In this document: piece after piece, positions 1 through 9,196 of the stretch | How the letters are laid out: every line of letters starts with the position of its first letter | Position numbering within the stretch: position 1 is the first letter of the stretch | Origin: Bacteroidaceae bacterium | GTDB lineage: Bacteria; Bacteroidota; Bacteroidia; Bacteroidales; Bacteroidaceae | NCBI GenBank assembly: GCA_045650605.1 | Contig: JAZRRI010000036.1 | Coordinates: forward strand, 18,755 to 82,754 | Length of the DNA: 64,000 nucleotides | Reading direction: 5' to 3' | Notes under the pieces: model-generated | The model's database searches: none | Seen by the model: only the letters and a program-made list of their open reading frames with translations | Told to the model about the DNA's origin: nothing | Program-made: the position numbers and the translations under genes

Positions 1-158
1 GAACTGTCAAAAAGTTTCCTTGACTGTTGAATAACTGTGCTTTGTTCAAGAGGTTTGCGAAAGTAGTTGTAAAATTGATAAAAACAAAACAATTTTTCCA
101 ATAAATTATATTAATTTTACCAGCAGTAAGTTTTGTTGAATAATTAACATCAATAATA

Positions 159-1202
159 ATGAGAAAAAACAGTTTTTTGTTGGCGTTCGCGATGCTCTTT
201 GCAGTCATGTTCACTGCTCAGGCTCAGAACCAGAAAAAGTATGAGGTCTACAGTGTTGGTTTCTACAACCTTGAGAACCTTTTCGATACAATCCACGACA
301 ATGGCAAGAATGACTACGAGTTCCTGCCCGACGGTGCGAACAAGTGGGGAACATTGAAATATACCAACAAGTTGAAGAACATGGCAACGGTGCTCAACGA
401 GATGGGAACGGATGTGTTGCCTGCGGGCATGGCTGCAGTGGGTGTATCTGAAATCGAGAACTCACGCGTACTTGAGGATTTGGTTAAGCATGAGGTGCTT
501 GCTCCACGTGGTTGGGATTTCATACACATTGAGGGACCCGACCGTCGCGGTGTCGATTGTGCATTGCTCTATAATCCCAAACTTTTCAAGCCTATCAACT
601 CAAAGCTTGCACCTTATACAACCGTTGACAATGATACCACATACAAGACACGTGGTTTCCTTATTGTAAGCGGTGAGATGGGTGGCGAGGTCGTTCACAT
701 TATTGTAAACCATTGGCCATCGCGCTATGCCAAGTCGCCGGCCCGTGAGCGTGCAGGTGTGCTTGTTAAGGAACTCAAGGATTCCATCATGGCCACTATG
801 CCCGATACCAAGGTGCTCATCATGGGTGACATGAACGACGACCCCGACAACAAGAGCATGAAGACCTGTCTTGGTGCCGTGCGTGAAAGAGAGGAGATAA
901 AGGCTGCGAGCGACCTCTACAATCCATGGTGGAACATTCTGCGCAAGAAGGGTATGGGAACATTGAAGTACAAGGGCAAGTGGAACCTTTTCGACCAGGT
1001 GGTTGTCAGTGGAAATCTGCTTGGTGCCGACCGCTCTACATTGAAACTCTACAAGACCGAGATTTTCTCACGCGGATACATGTTCCAGCAAGAGGGACGT
1101 TACAAGGGAAATACCAAGCGTACACATGCCGGTGGTGTGTGGCTCAACGGTTACAGCGACCACTTGCCTGTGATAGTATATCTCATTAAGGAGGCAAAGT
1201 AA
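159..1202 (+). CDS. secreted endonuclease/exonuclease/phosphatase (EEP) family protein
   Basis: 347-aa ORF with ATG start and signal peptide MRKNSFLLAFAMLFAVMFTAQA. EEP-type motifs NHWPSR and C-terminal SDHLPV. Confidence 0.8.
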   Translation: MRKNSFLLAFAMLFAVMFTAQAQNQKKYEVYSVGFYNLENLFDTIHDNGKNDYEFLPDGANKWGTLKYTNKLKNMATVLNEMGTDVLPAGMAAVGVSEIENSRVLEDLVKHEVLAPRGWDFIHIEGPDRRGVDCALLYNPKLFKPINSKLAPYTTVDNDTTYKTRGFLIVSGEMGGEVVHIIVNHWPSRYAKSPARERAGVLVKELKDSIMATMPDTKVLIMGDMNDDPDNKSMKTCLGAVREREEIKAASDLYNPWWNILRKKGMGTLKYKGKWNLFDQVVVSGNLLGADRSTLKLYKTEIFSRGYMFQQEGRYKGNTKRTHAGGVWLNGYSDHLPVIVYLIKEAK

Positions 1203-1217
1203 ATATTGACAGGTTAT

Positions 1218-1268
1218 ACACAATTGAGCCTGAAAGTCGTTGACTTTCAGGCTCAATTGTGTTTTTCT
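1218..1268. terminator. bidirectional rho-independent terminator between convergent genes
   Basis: Perfect 20-bp stem (acacaattgagcctgaaagt / actttcaggctcaattgtgt) with 5-nt loop, followed by a T-rich run. Confidence 0.8.
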
Positions 1269-1295
1269 CATGCTGTCTGCGTGGGTGATGCTATC

Positions 1296-1907
1296 TCATG
1301 ACGAATGCAGATAGAGTGATGCTTTGGAGAAGTCGCGTTCTTTGAGGCTCTCGACGGGCATCATGAAGTTTATTGTGCCGCAGTCGAAGAAACGCAGATG
1401 CCAGCGGTCATCCTCGTCGAGCTGCAGCAACGATACCATTCCCTCGTTTTCATTCTCATACCCTTCGGTCATTGCCGGCATGCCAAGAAGCTTGAACCCG
1501 AAGGCTTCGGTATCACACTCCTCGAACTCCATACCCTCGGCGGGCAATACGGCCGGTGAACCGTCCTCCCAATAGTATTGGTGTGTGTTTAGTTTTTCAC
1601 ACTCCTCGGAGTATATAACCTTGAACTCTCTCTCTTCCCATTCTCCCATTCCGCTGCATGGAGCATCGTCCTCGCCAAGGAAATAGTCCAGGTTGGCAAA
1701 GAACCAGAGCATGCCCTTGTGCGGCAGTGCTCCTTCGGGGTCAAGGTGTGCAATATCCTCCAGACGTATCTGGCATACGAAGGTCAGCAGAAAATCCTCT
1801 TCAAGGCATGGCCAGTCGATGTTGTCGGGGAGGTCGGGGAATCCCCACCAATGGCTCTTGCCGGTGAGGTCCTCGTCGGTAGGCTTTATGTTGATGTTTA
1901 TTGCCAT
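1296..1907 (-). CDS. DUF1963 (YwqG-like) domain protein
   Basis: 203 aa. Motifs HWWGFPDLP and LLQLDEDD...FFDCGTINF are typical of the YwqG/DUF1963 family. Confidence 0.7.
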   Translation of the reverse strand: MAININIKPTDEDLTGKSHWWGFPDLPDNIDWPCLEEDFLLTFVCQIRLEDIAHLDPEGALPHKGMLWFFANLDYFLGEDDAPCSGMGEWEEREFKVIYSEECEKLNTHQYYWEDGSPAVLPAEGMEFEECDTEAFGFKLLGMPAMTEGYENENEGMVSLLQLDEDDRWHLRFFDCGTINFMMPVESLKERDFSKASLYLHSS

Positions 1908-1941
1908 AGTCTATTGTGTTTTGTTTGTTGTCATTTGAAGT

Positions 1942-3093
1942 TTATGCCCAAGCATCGTATCGGCCATCGTCATCGGGGAGTTCATCCTCGTCGTCATCGA
2001 GCTCCTCGTCATCGGGGATGGCATTGTAGGCCGGTATGTGATACATCTCAATCTCTGCGGCAAATTGTGTCAGATGTCCTCTCTTGTAAGCCTCTACTGT
2101 CTCTACAATCATCCTTTTGCTTTGGAGTCTGGCACCCAGGAGAGCATAGACATACATGGTCTCTTCGCAGTTCTCGCCGGTCACCTCTTTGCAACGGAGC
2201 ATGTCATGCATCTTCTCGTAGCAGCTTGCCATGTTGAACCGTGCGCCCTTCTCATAGTATTCCCATGCCTTGAGATAGTCTACCGTCACTCCATACTGTC
2301 CCTCTCTGTGTATGTCGCCAAGCAGCTTGTACGACATTCCTATGTTGCAGCATTCGAGGCACTCAATGATTGACTCGCGGCAACTGTCACGCTCTTCCTT
2401 GTCATCGGGGTCAATCTCATCGTATGCACTGCACAGGTTCAGTGTCATGAAATGCAGTGAAAGCATGTCGCCCTTGTCAGCGCCCTCTTCAATGGTTGAG
2501 GTATATACATCCCAGTCGGCTATCTCTCCACCGTCATCGAGTCCACGGACAATGGCAAGGTCGCTGTATGCATCAACCACACCGCCGTCTACAGCCTTCT
2601 TGTACCATTCTTCGGCCTCGCGTATATTCTTCATGGCAAGCTGTGTATCACCTTTCAGACGGAACCAGTGCGGGTTGTCGCTCTGTGCCATCAATGCATC
2701 AAGGGTCCTGTCGGCAAGGTCAATCTCCACGCTATAGCCGTAGCGGCCGAATATCAGGTTCATGAGATATACGTATGCCGCATACTCATTCTTTTTTTCA
2801 AGGGCACTCATCAGCAGCCTTTCTCCCTCCTTGGGGTTGTATGGCTCAATCTCACCACGGAAATACATGAGCGCTATCTCAACATCGGCATCAACCACAC
2901 CGCCTGCCTGTGCCTTCTTGAGCAGTCCATATGCGGTGTCCACTGAATCCTGCTCGAAACGATAGGCAAGATCCACCTTTGCCAGTTTGTAGCATGCAAC
3001 GGGGTCACCGGCCTGGGCCAGTTCATCGAGAACGTCCATGTCATCGGGATTGACATACTGCCTGACTCCCATGTCTGTATAAAATTCTCTCAT
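1942..3093 (-). CDS. Sel1/TPR-like repeat protein
   Basis: Repeated Ax(7)A/G motifs (AYGLLKKAQAGGVVDA, WYKKAVDGGVVDAY, YYEKGARFNMASCY) and an acidic C-terminal tail. Start moved to the internal ATG at 3093 (MREFYTDMG). Confidence 0.6.
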   Translation of the reverse strand: MREFYTDMGVRQYVNPDDMDVLDELAQAGDPVACYKLAKVDLAYRFEQDSVDTAYGLLKKAQAGGVVDADVEIALMYFRGEIEPYNPKEGERLLMSALEKKNEYAAYVYLMNLIFGRYGYSVEIDLADRTLDALMAQSDNPHWFRLKGDTQLAMKNIREAEEWYKKAVDGGVVDAYSDLAIVRGLDDGGEIADWDVYTSTIEEGADKGDMLSLHFMTLNLCSAYDEIDPDDKEERDSCRESIIECLECCNIGMSYKLLGDIHREGQYGVTVDYLKAWEYYEKGARFNMASCYEKMHDMLRCKEVTGENCEETMYVYALLGARLQSKRMIVETVEAYKRGHLTQFAAEIEMYHIPAYNAIPDDEELDDDEDELPDDDGRYDAWA

Positions 3094-3287
3094 ATTTTTA
3101 CTGCTTATTAGGTATATAATTGCCGTCAGAAATCTCTGTCGGGGTAGGCTACTTGGCAAATGTAACCATTATTTTTTGTTTTGCAATATTTCTTCTTATT
3201 TTTGCGCTGACAAACAATTAATTATATATAAAATGGCGATTAGTGTAGAAAGGTTTTCTGCATACTGTCGGCAATAATGTATCATAT

Positions 3288-3935
3288 ATGAGTGCAACGG
3301 AAATAAAAGCTCCGATATTTGCCGTCAGCAGGCTACGCATGGGGACAGACGGCAAGGGTGTGACTACATTGGTCACTTTTATGGGTTGTCCGTTAGGTTG
3401 CAGATATTGCCTCAACCCGCAGTGCCATGAACCGGTATATGCAGGCGACGGCATTACACCTGCCGACGGGGTGATGATGTTGACCCCACAGGAACTGTAT
3501 GACATGGTGAAGGTCGATGATATCTACTTCCAGGCAACAGGCGGCGGTATCTGCTTTGGCGGCGGAGAGCCCACGCTTTACCATAGGTTTATCATTGAGT
3601 TCAAGAAACTGTGTGGCGACAAGTGGAGTATAACAATGGAGAGTTGCCTGCGATGTCCGCAATACACCATTGAAAGCCTTGCTGCTGTGGTTGACCATTG
3701 GATAGTTGATGTCAAGTCGCTGGATGCCAATGTCTACATGGAGTATACGGGCTGTGTATCGGACGAATTGCGTAATCTGCTCTTCTTGAGTCGGCTTGTA
3801 CCACAGGAACGTGTCACGGTAAAGATACCTCGTATCCCCGGTTATAATGATGACGCTGACCTTGAGGGAGATGTGAAGAGGATTAAGGAAATTGGGTTCA
3901 ATGACGTAGCCCTTGTACAATATATAAAAAGATAA
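3288..3935 (+). CDS. radical SAM protein, glycyl-radical-enzyme activase-like
   Basis: 215 aa. The N-terminus GTDGKGVTTLVTFMGCPLGCRYCLNPQ carries the CxxxCxxC cluster in a PflA/NrdG-like context. No cognate GRE is nearby. Confidence 0.7.
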   Translation: MSATEIKAPIFAVSRLRMGTDGKGVTTLVTFMGCPLGCRYCLNPQCHEPVYAGDGITPADGVMMLTPQELYDMVKVDDIYFQATGGGICFGGGEPTLYHRFIIEFKKLCGDKWSITMESCLRCPQYTIESLAAVVDHWIVDVKSLDANVYMEYTGCVSDELRNLLFLSRLVPQERVTVKIPRIPGYNDDADLEGDVKRIKEIGFNDVALVQYIKR

Positions 3936-3948
3936 ACTTGTTTTGACT

Positions 3949-4293
3949 ATGAATGCAGGAAAAGAGAAGTGTGAGATATTGAAGGGAATAAGGAAAGCGG
4001 TTGCCGAGCAGTATGGATTGGAATATACCCCGGCAGAGTGTACGCATAAAGGTGCATGTCCGGGAACCTGCCCGCAGTGCGATGCCGAGCTACGTGATTT
4101 GCAACAGCAACTCGAAGCTAAGGGCATTGTAGATATGGATATCGATGATATTGTAGAAATACCACAAATGACCCAATCGGGCATCTTTACGACAGCGGGT
4201 CTTGTCCTTCCGACAAAGCCTGGTGAAAAAAGATTCCCGATGGATTTGCAGGGATTGCCTCCGTTGGAAGGTGATATATCATCCGAAGTGTAA
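3949..4293 (+). CDS. small Cys-rich hypothetical protein
   Basis: 114 aa from the ATG at 3949 (the ORF track start at 3943 is TTG). Motif CTHKGACPGTCPQC. Starts 13 nt after the radical SAM stop. Confidence 0.5.
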   Translation: MNAGKEKCEILKGIRKAVAEQYGLEYTPAECTHKGACPGTCPQCDAELRDLQQQLEAKGIVDMDIDDIVEIPQMTQSGIFTTAGLVLPTKPGEKRFPMDLQGLPPLEGDISSEV

Positions 4294-4373
4294 TTTGATG
4301 GAATATGTTTTGCTAAGGTCCACCAAAGTAGTGAAAAATCTAAAAGCGTGTGATAATAAAGATAACTTTAAAG

Positions 4374-4408
4374 ATTGACAGATGCCCTGCAGCAGGGCAT
4401 CTGTCAAT
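4374..4408. terminator. bidirectional hairpin terminator
   Basis: 16-bp perfect stem attgacagatgccctg / cagggcatctgtcaat with 3-nt loop, between convergent genes. Confidence 0.7.
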
Positions 4409-4426
4409 CTTTAATTGTTGCAGTTA

Positions 4427-5050
4427 TTATTTCGTGCCGAAGATTCTGTCGCCGGCATCGCCAAGGCCGGGAAGGATGTAGTTTCTTTCGTTCATCCCTT
4501 CGTCCATCGCAGCGAGGTAGATGTCAACATCGGGGTGCTGCTTGGTCACGGCTTTCACTCCTTGTGGAGATGCTACAAGGCACATGAGACGTATGTTGGT
4601 GTAGCCGTCGTTCTTCAGGCGTCTGATGGCATCGCAGGCACTGCCGCCGGTGGCAAGCATGGGGTCTGTCACAATAACAAGGCGCTCCTTGTTTGCAGGC
4701 ATCTTGTAGTAGTAGAATACCGGCTCGCAGGTCTCCTCGTCGCGGTACATGCCAATGTGGCCCACACGTGCCGATGGGATGAGTGTCAAAAGACCCTCTA
4801 CCATTCCAAGGCCGGCACGCAGGATTGGTGCAATGACAACCTTCTTGCCCGAAATCTTTGGGGCATTCATCTTCATGAGCGGTGTCTCAATCTCCTCATA
4901 TGTCAATGGAAAATCACGTGTCACCTCGTATCCCATGAGTGTTGATATCTCCTTCAACAGTTCGCGGAACTTGATGGTTGAGGTCTCTTTGTTGCGCATG
5001 ATGCTGAGCTTGTGCAGCACCAACGGATGGTCAATTATATGTAAAGCCAT
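4427..5050 (-). CDS. upp: uracil phosphoribosyltransferase
   Basis: 207 aa. N-terminus [24 protein letters not shown] and PRPP loop [13 protein letters not shown]. Confidence 0.95.
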   Translation of the reverse strand: MALHIIDHPLVLHKLSIMRNKETSTIKFRELLKEISTLMGYEVTRDFPLTYEEIETPLMKMNAPKISGKKVVIAPILRAGLGMVEGLLTLIPSARVGHIGMYRDEETCEPVFYYYKMPANKERLVIVTDPMLATGGSACDAIRRLKNDGYTNIRLMCLVASPQGVKAVTKQHPDVDIYLAAMDEGMNERNYILPGLGDAGDRIFGTK

Positions 5051-5090
5051 AAAAAGTGTTTTTATGTTTGTTTGTAATATCCTATGGATG

Positions 5091-5098
5091 CAAATGTA
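5091..5098 (-). promoter_or_regulatory. Bacteroides-type -7 box (TACATTTG) for upp
   Basis: Minus-strand TAnnTTTG match 41 nt upstream of the ATG. It lies inside the 14-mer tgcaaatgtaatat, which also occurs upstream of the SDR gene. Confidence 0.5.
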
Positions 5099-5183
5099 AT
5101 ATTTTTTAAAAGAAATTTAAACAGTTGCTTGGTTAATCTCTCTTCTTTTCCGCGTTTTGCCTTTTAGTATTCTTGCGTTTCTT

Positions 5184-5900
5184 TTATTTTTCAAGTCTCC
5201 AGCCGTGGTCGCCGTGGTATATCATTTGCCTGGTCATTCCGCCGTCTATGCATATGTTCTCGCCTGTGATGAACCCTGCCTTGTCGCTGCAAAGGAACAG
5301 TACCATGTGGGCAATGTCCTTTGGATTGCCTACACGTCCTGCAGGCTGCTGTGTGGCATCGGGGCCATCGTATGCGGTGCCGGTGGTGTCAATCCATCCG
5401 GGTGATATGGAGTTTACCCTTGCCTTGCCGGCAAGGCTCACTGCAAGGGAGTGGGTGAGTGCGGCAATGCCGCCTTTGGCCGCTGTGTAGCTCTCGCTTT
5501 GCGGCTGGCTCATGCGGTCGCGCGACGAGGAGATGTTGACTATTGATGCTCCGGCTGCAAGGTGTGTCTGCAACAGCTTGACAAGGTAGAACGGGGCTGT
5601 GATGCCTACGCTCAGTGCATACTGGAACTCCTCGTATGTGCACTCGTCAATGCCTTTCATCAGCGGCAAGGCATTGTTTATTATGCAGTCCACCTTGTCG
5701 TGCTTTGCAAGGATTTCGGCAGCGAATGCCTCAAGCACCTCTTTCTTGGCAATGTCGCCCACATAGTGGCCGTCGCCCTCCTGCTTGTCTATAACATAGA
5801 CGGTGGCACCACATGCGCGGAACTCACCGGCAATGCATTTGCCAATGCCGTTTGCACCGCCTGTAACAATTACCACTTTGTTCTTGAATGTATGCTGCAT
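5184..5900 (-). CDS. SDR family oxidoreductase
   Basis: 238 aa. TGGANGIG cofactor motif and YTAAK active-site motif. Confidence 0.9.
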   Translation of the reverse strand: MQHTFKNKVVIVTGGANGIGKCIAGEFRACGATVYVIDKQEGDGHYVGDIAKKEVLEAFAAEILAKHDKVDCIINNALPLMKGIDECTYEEFQYALSVGITAPFYLVKLLQTHLAAGASIVNISSSRDRMSQPQSESYTAAKGGIAALTHSLAVSLAGKARVNSISPGWIDTTGTAYDGPDATQQPAGRVGNPKDIAHMVLFLCSDKAGFITGENICIDGGMTRQMIYHGDHGWRLEK

Positions 5901-5928
5901 GGTTTTTTATATATGTTTCTGTTTTTTG

Positions 5929-5936
5929 CAAATGTA
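5929..5936 (-). promoter_or_regulatory. Bacteroides-type -7 box (TACATTTG) for the SDR gene
   Basis: Minus-strand TAnnTTTG match 29 nt upstream of the ATG. Confidence 0.5.
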
Positions 5937-6100
5937 ATATAAATATCTGTATGCATGGCTAAAAAAACGGAAAACGGAAAATTGTATTATTGAGTGCTGT
6001 GTATAAAAAGGTTTTTATAGGCTATGGATATTGCTGCATAATGGTTAACTTTACCAAACTGTCAAAATGGACGGATTTTCAGTTTTTTAGTTAGAATGCT

Positions 6101-6394
6101 ATGTATCAGAAATTCATAATAACAGGTGATGGCGAACTGAGGTTCGGCAATGTATATCATCACCGCAATCTTTTGCGGTGGAATGAGGATTGTCCCTATG
6201 GTGGAGGGCTGTGGCGCATTGATGAGGAGCGCGGCGCGGTGGTGCTCTATGGCCGCTCGTTCGAGTTCGGTGCTCCGTTGTTCAATGGGCTCAAGCATGT
6301 GAACTGGGACGGCATCGACGGCAAGGAACGGCTCTTGTTCCATCAGCCGCATTGGCCCTATGAAGAGACGCTTGTTCCGGTTGGTGTATTTTAA
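6101..6394 (+). CDS. hypothetical protein
   Basis: 97-aa ORF with ATG start, followed by a terminator hairpin. No family recognised. Confidence 0.45.
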   Translation: MYQKFIITGDGELRFGNVYHHRNLLRWNEDCPYGGGLWRIDEERGAVVLYGRSFEFGAPLFNGLKHVNWDGIDGKERLLFHQPHWPYEETLVPVGVF

Positions 6395-6407
6395 TTGCTG
6401 ATAAAGC

Positions 6408-6442
6408 AATAATGCAGATAGCAGGGTGCTATCTGCATTATT
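6408..6442. terminator. bidirectional hairpin terminator
   Basis: 15-bp stem aataatgcagatagc / gctatctgcattatt with loop agggt, between convergent genes. Confidence 0.7.
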
Positions 6443-6479
6443 GTGATTGTAAGACCCTGTAAACGGGTTACTTTTATCT

Positions 6480-7721
6480 TTATTCTGTTTTATGGAACTT
6501 AAAATTTGTCGTGAGGTACATTACTGCACAAAGGAGCAGGAAGAATACCAGTGAACCCGTGAGGAGTGCATAGGTCTCCATCTGCAGCAGTATATAGTTG
6601 AGTATGTACACCAGGGCTACAAATCCGCCAAGCATGTATGCACTACGGTTCTTCAGGATGCCTTTATAGTAGAGCATCAGTGCGACGGTGGTCATTGATG
6701 CAGAAATTGTGTATGCCACACCAAAGGCGATGAACTCGGAGAATGCTATGAGCAACGAGTAGAACAACACGAGCGACAGGCCGATTACGGCATACTGGAT
6801 GGGGTTGATTTCCTTTCGTGTGAGGAACTCTACCAACATGCCGGCTACAAATACCAGAATTATGATGAGCATTCCATATTTGACAGAGCGCATTGACTGT
6901 TGGTAGGGGTTTGCCGGGTCTATAAACTTCACACCCATATCGTAGAAACTTGCACTGTTGTGTTCCGAAGCATTCCATGTTGCGTAGAATCCATCATCAC
7001 GCACCTCTCTGCTGTTAGGTAACAGCTCCCCCTGAAAGCTTGGGTGCGGATAGGCAGAACTCATGGCAAGCGATGTGTTTCCTTTGTCAGAGGGTCTGAA
7101 AAAGAGCGATTCTGTACCTTTCAGTTCAAATGAGAATGTAAAATCCACAGTGCTGCCGGCCTCTATATTATCCGGTATCAGGACTACTGCTTCATAATAG
7201 TCATTCTTTTTGTTGATGTCGAATGTGCGGTTGCCAAAAGTGAGCTGTGACGGATTACTGAAACCTTTCTGGTCGGTAATCTCAAAACAGAATAAGTTCT
7301 CTTTTGCTTTGATTGCTTTTTCAGTGACTGTAAACTCTCCCGATACAGTGACTTTAGAGTTGTACACAATCACATCATAAATGGAACGATGCAGAATATC
7401 TGTCTCTACATTAGCCTTGTAATCAAGCGTTTTACAGTTTTTGCTGTAATCCTTGGCGTAGGTTTCTTTCTCTACTTCACCTTTTACATTTGTAATCTCT
7501 TTCTCTTCAATGACATGCGAAATCAATTTAGGTGCGAACACTGTCTGCTGTTTGCCATATGAGAAGGCCACCTCTTGTATGACCTTATCCTTGGTCTCTT
7601 CACGCTCTTCAATGACTCCCGTTATCATAGCCAAAGGGATGAGCATCAACAGTGTAATCAGGGCTACAAAGCTAATCTTGATTGCAACTTGTCTTGCATT
7701 TGGTTTCGGGTCCTTTTCCAT
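6480..7721 (-). CDS. creD: cell envelope integrity protein CreD
   Basis: About 413 aa from the ATG at 7721 (MEKDPKPN). N-terminal TM, large periplasmic region and a C-terminal cluster of TMs, the typical CreD layout. The longer ORF-track start would run into the PP2C gene. Confidence 0.7.
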   Translation of the reverse strand: MEKDPKPNARQVAIKISFVALITLLMLIPLAMITGVIEEREETKDKVIQEVAFSYGKQQTVFAPKLISHVIEEKEITNVKGEVEKETYAKDYSKNCKTLDYKANVETDILHRSIYDVIVYNSKVTVSGEFTVTEKAIKAKENLFCFEITDQKGFSNPSQLTFGNRTFDINKKNDYYEAVVLIPDNIEAGSTVDFTFSFELKGTESLFFRPSDKGNTSLAMSSAYPHPSFQGELLPNSREVRDDGFYATWNASEHNSASFYDMGVKFIDPANPYQQSMRSVKYGMLIIILVFVAGMLVEFLTRKEINPIQYAVIGLSLVLFYSLLIAFSEFIAFGVAYTISASMTTVALMLYYKGILKNRSAYMLGGFVALVYILNYILLQMETYALLTGSLVFFLLLCAVMYLTTNFKFHKTE

Positions 7722-7818
7722 AGTAATTTTTTTGTTAAATGAATATTGATGTTTGTTTTTATTTGCTATTATAGAGAGTGCAGATGATGGAATTCTATCA
7801 GTGTCATCGATAATTTCA

Positions 7819-8502
7819 TTACATGACTTCATACAATATCCCACTGTAATTGTCGGTGGAGAATTTCTCGCACATGAACTTTATCACGTCGACAACATTC
7901 TCCAGCTTTTTGTTGTCTTGCAGGCGTGCTGTAAGTTTCTGTGGGGCCATGGCCTTGTACACACCATCGGTGCAAAGGAATATTCTGTCGCCTTTCTCCA
8001 CCTCGATGCAGGTGATGTCCGGGATTGCAACTTCCGGGTCCATTGAGAAGAAACAGCGTGTAACAATCTCTGTTCCCGGACGGGAGTGGTCGGTTGTCTG
8101 GTGTACAACCTCGCCATTGCGCAACAGGTAGCATCTGCTGTCGCCGCAATGTGCTATGGTTACCGTGTTATTCTCCACACTTGCCATTACGAGTGTTGTT
8201 CCCATCTCAATGGGACGTACCATTCTTGAACGGTAGTAGAGAGCTTCGCTTGCATGTGCAAACGCTGTCAATACCTTCTCTTCGCAATCACTCTTGCCGG
8301 GGTTATCCTCCCAGAAATTGCATACTGCATTGCACACAGTCTCGGCAGCAGCATCGCCCATTGCATGGCCGCCCATGCCGTCGCACACCACCAGCAGGCA
8401 GCGGTTCTCTTCGGGCATTTCAACAACACGGCATATATCCTGGTTTGCTATTCTCTTGCCGGTCTCGGAGAATATCGTATACATGTATTTTTGCTTTTCC
8501 AT
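7819..8502 (-). CDS. PP2C-family Ser/Thr protein phosphatase
   Basis: 227 aa. Motif LLVVCDGMGGHAMGDAAAE and a later CTDGV metal-binding motif. Confidence 0.85.
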   Translation of the reverse strand: MEKQKYMYTIFSETGKRIANQDICRVVEMPEENRCLLVVCDGMGGHAMGDAAAETVCNAVCNFWEDNPGKSDCEEKVLTAFAHASEALYYRSRMVRPIEMGTTLVMASVENNTVTIAHCGDSRCYLLRNGEVVHQTTDHSRPGTEIVTRCFFSMDPEVAIPDITCIEVEKGDRIFLCTDGVYKAMAPQKLTARLQDNKKLENVVDVIKFMCEKFSTDNYSGILYEVM

Positions 8503-8554
8503 GTCTCGTTTATTGGTTTATACGTTTTGTACAGTAATTTCTTCTTAAGAGAAA

Positions 8555-8594
8555 AACAAACGGCAAAATCTATCATCCGATTCTGCCGTTTGTT
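8555..8594 (-). terminator. hairpin terminator after the RyR gene
   Basis: 15-bp stem with one mismatch (aacaaacggcaaaat / attctgccgtttgtt), followed on the minus strand by a T-run. Confidence 0.55.
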
Positions 8595-8612
8595 CAGTAG
8601 GTTGTATTCAAA

Positions 8613-8903
8613 TTACTCTTTCGTAATTTTGAATCCCAGTTTTGTTATAAGTTTTAGGGTTCCAAAGGCTGTGTCGCGGTCATATGCCTTCTCCACCTCG
8701 GGCAGCTCCTCGTAGGGCACCAGGCAAGGGTGGGTCTTCAAGGTGTCGTTGCGCTCCTCGCCATAGGTCCAGCCCTGCTCCATGCGGCTCTGCGCCCACA
8801 CGTCGTGTACGTTCTTTGCAATCTTTTCTACAAGTTCATCTAACTCTGCCGGCAACTGCACGTCATTTGTGTTCACCGGCTGCGGTACATAATTCTTTTT
8901 CAT
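8613..8903 (-). CDS. stand-alone RyR (ryanodine-receptor repeat) domain protein
   Basis: 96 aa. VHDVWAQSRMEQGWTYGEERNDTLKTHPCLVPYEELPEVEKAYDRDTA matches the RyR-domain signature. Close paralogue of the RyR segment in ORF 25212-26348. Confidence 0.8.
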   Translation of the reverse strand: MKKNYVPQPVNTNDVQLPAELDELVEKIAKNVHDVWAQSRMEQGWTYGEERNDTLKTHPCLVPYEELPEVEKAYDRDTAFGTLKLITKLGFKITKE

Positions 8904-8977
8904 TGTTCTTTGTGTTATAGTTTATATTATAGAACAATTTCTGATGCGGAATCTGTCAGCGTATATAAAATTTATAT

Positions 8978-9196
8978 TTATTCTGTCAAGTCAAGAAAAC
9001 CTACAATGTCGGTGTCTGTTATCTGCTTTTTGTGTTCTACAAATTCTCCGTTTGTAAGTCTTTGGAATGTTACATCGCCATTTTCATTTGCTTTGAATGC
9101 TACCTTGAACTCTTCACGATTCTTTATCTGTTTACCATCATATGCAGTAATGATGTCTCCTTTATTGAATACAGGATGTTGTGCATCGTCCTTTAT
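8978..9196 (-). pseudogene. PDZ-domain remainder, in frame with and directly downstream of the TIR ORF stop
   Basis: 72 sense codons follow the TAA at 9199-9197 in the same frame: IKDDAQHPVFNKGDIITAYDGKQIKNREEFKVAFKANENGDVTFQRLTNGEFVEHK. There is no start codon of its own. The PDZ pattern begins before the stop (YAGVIIY). Confidence 0.6.

Noticed and set aside
3393-4184. 263-aa minus-strand ORF.
   Set aside because: It is antisense to the radical SAM gene, which has a CxxxCxxC motif, and to the downstream small gene. No motifs.
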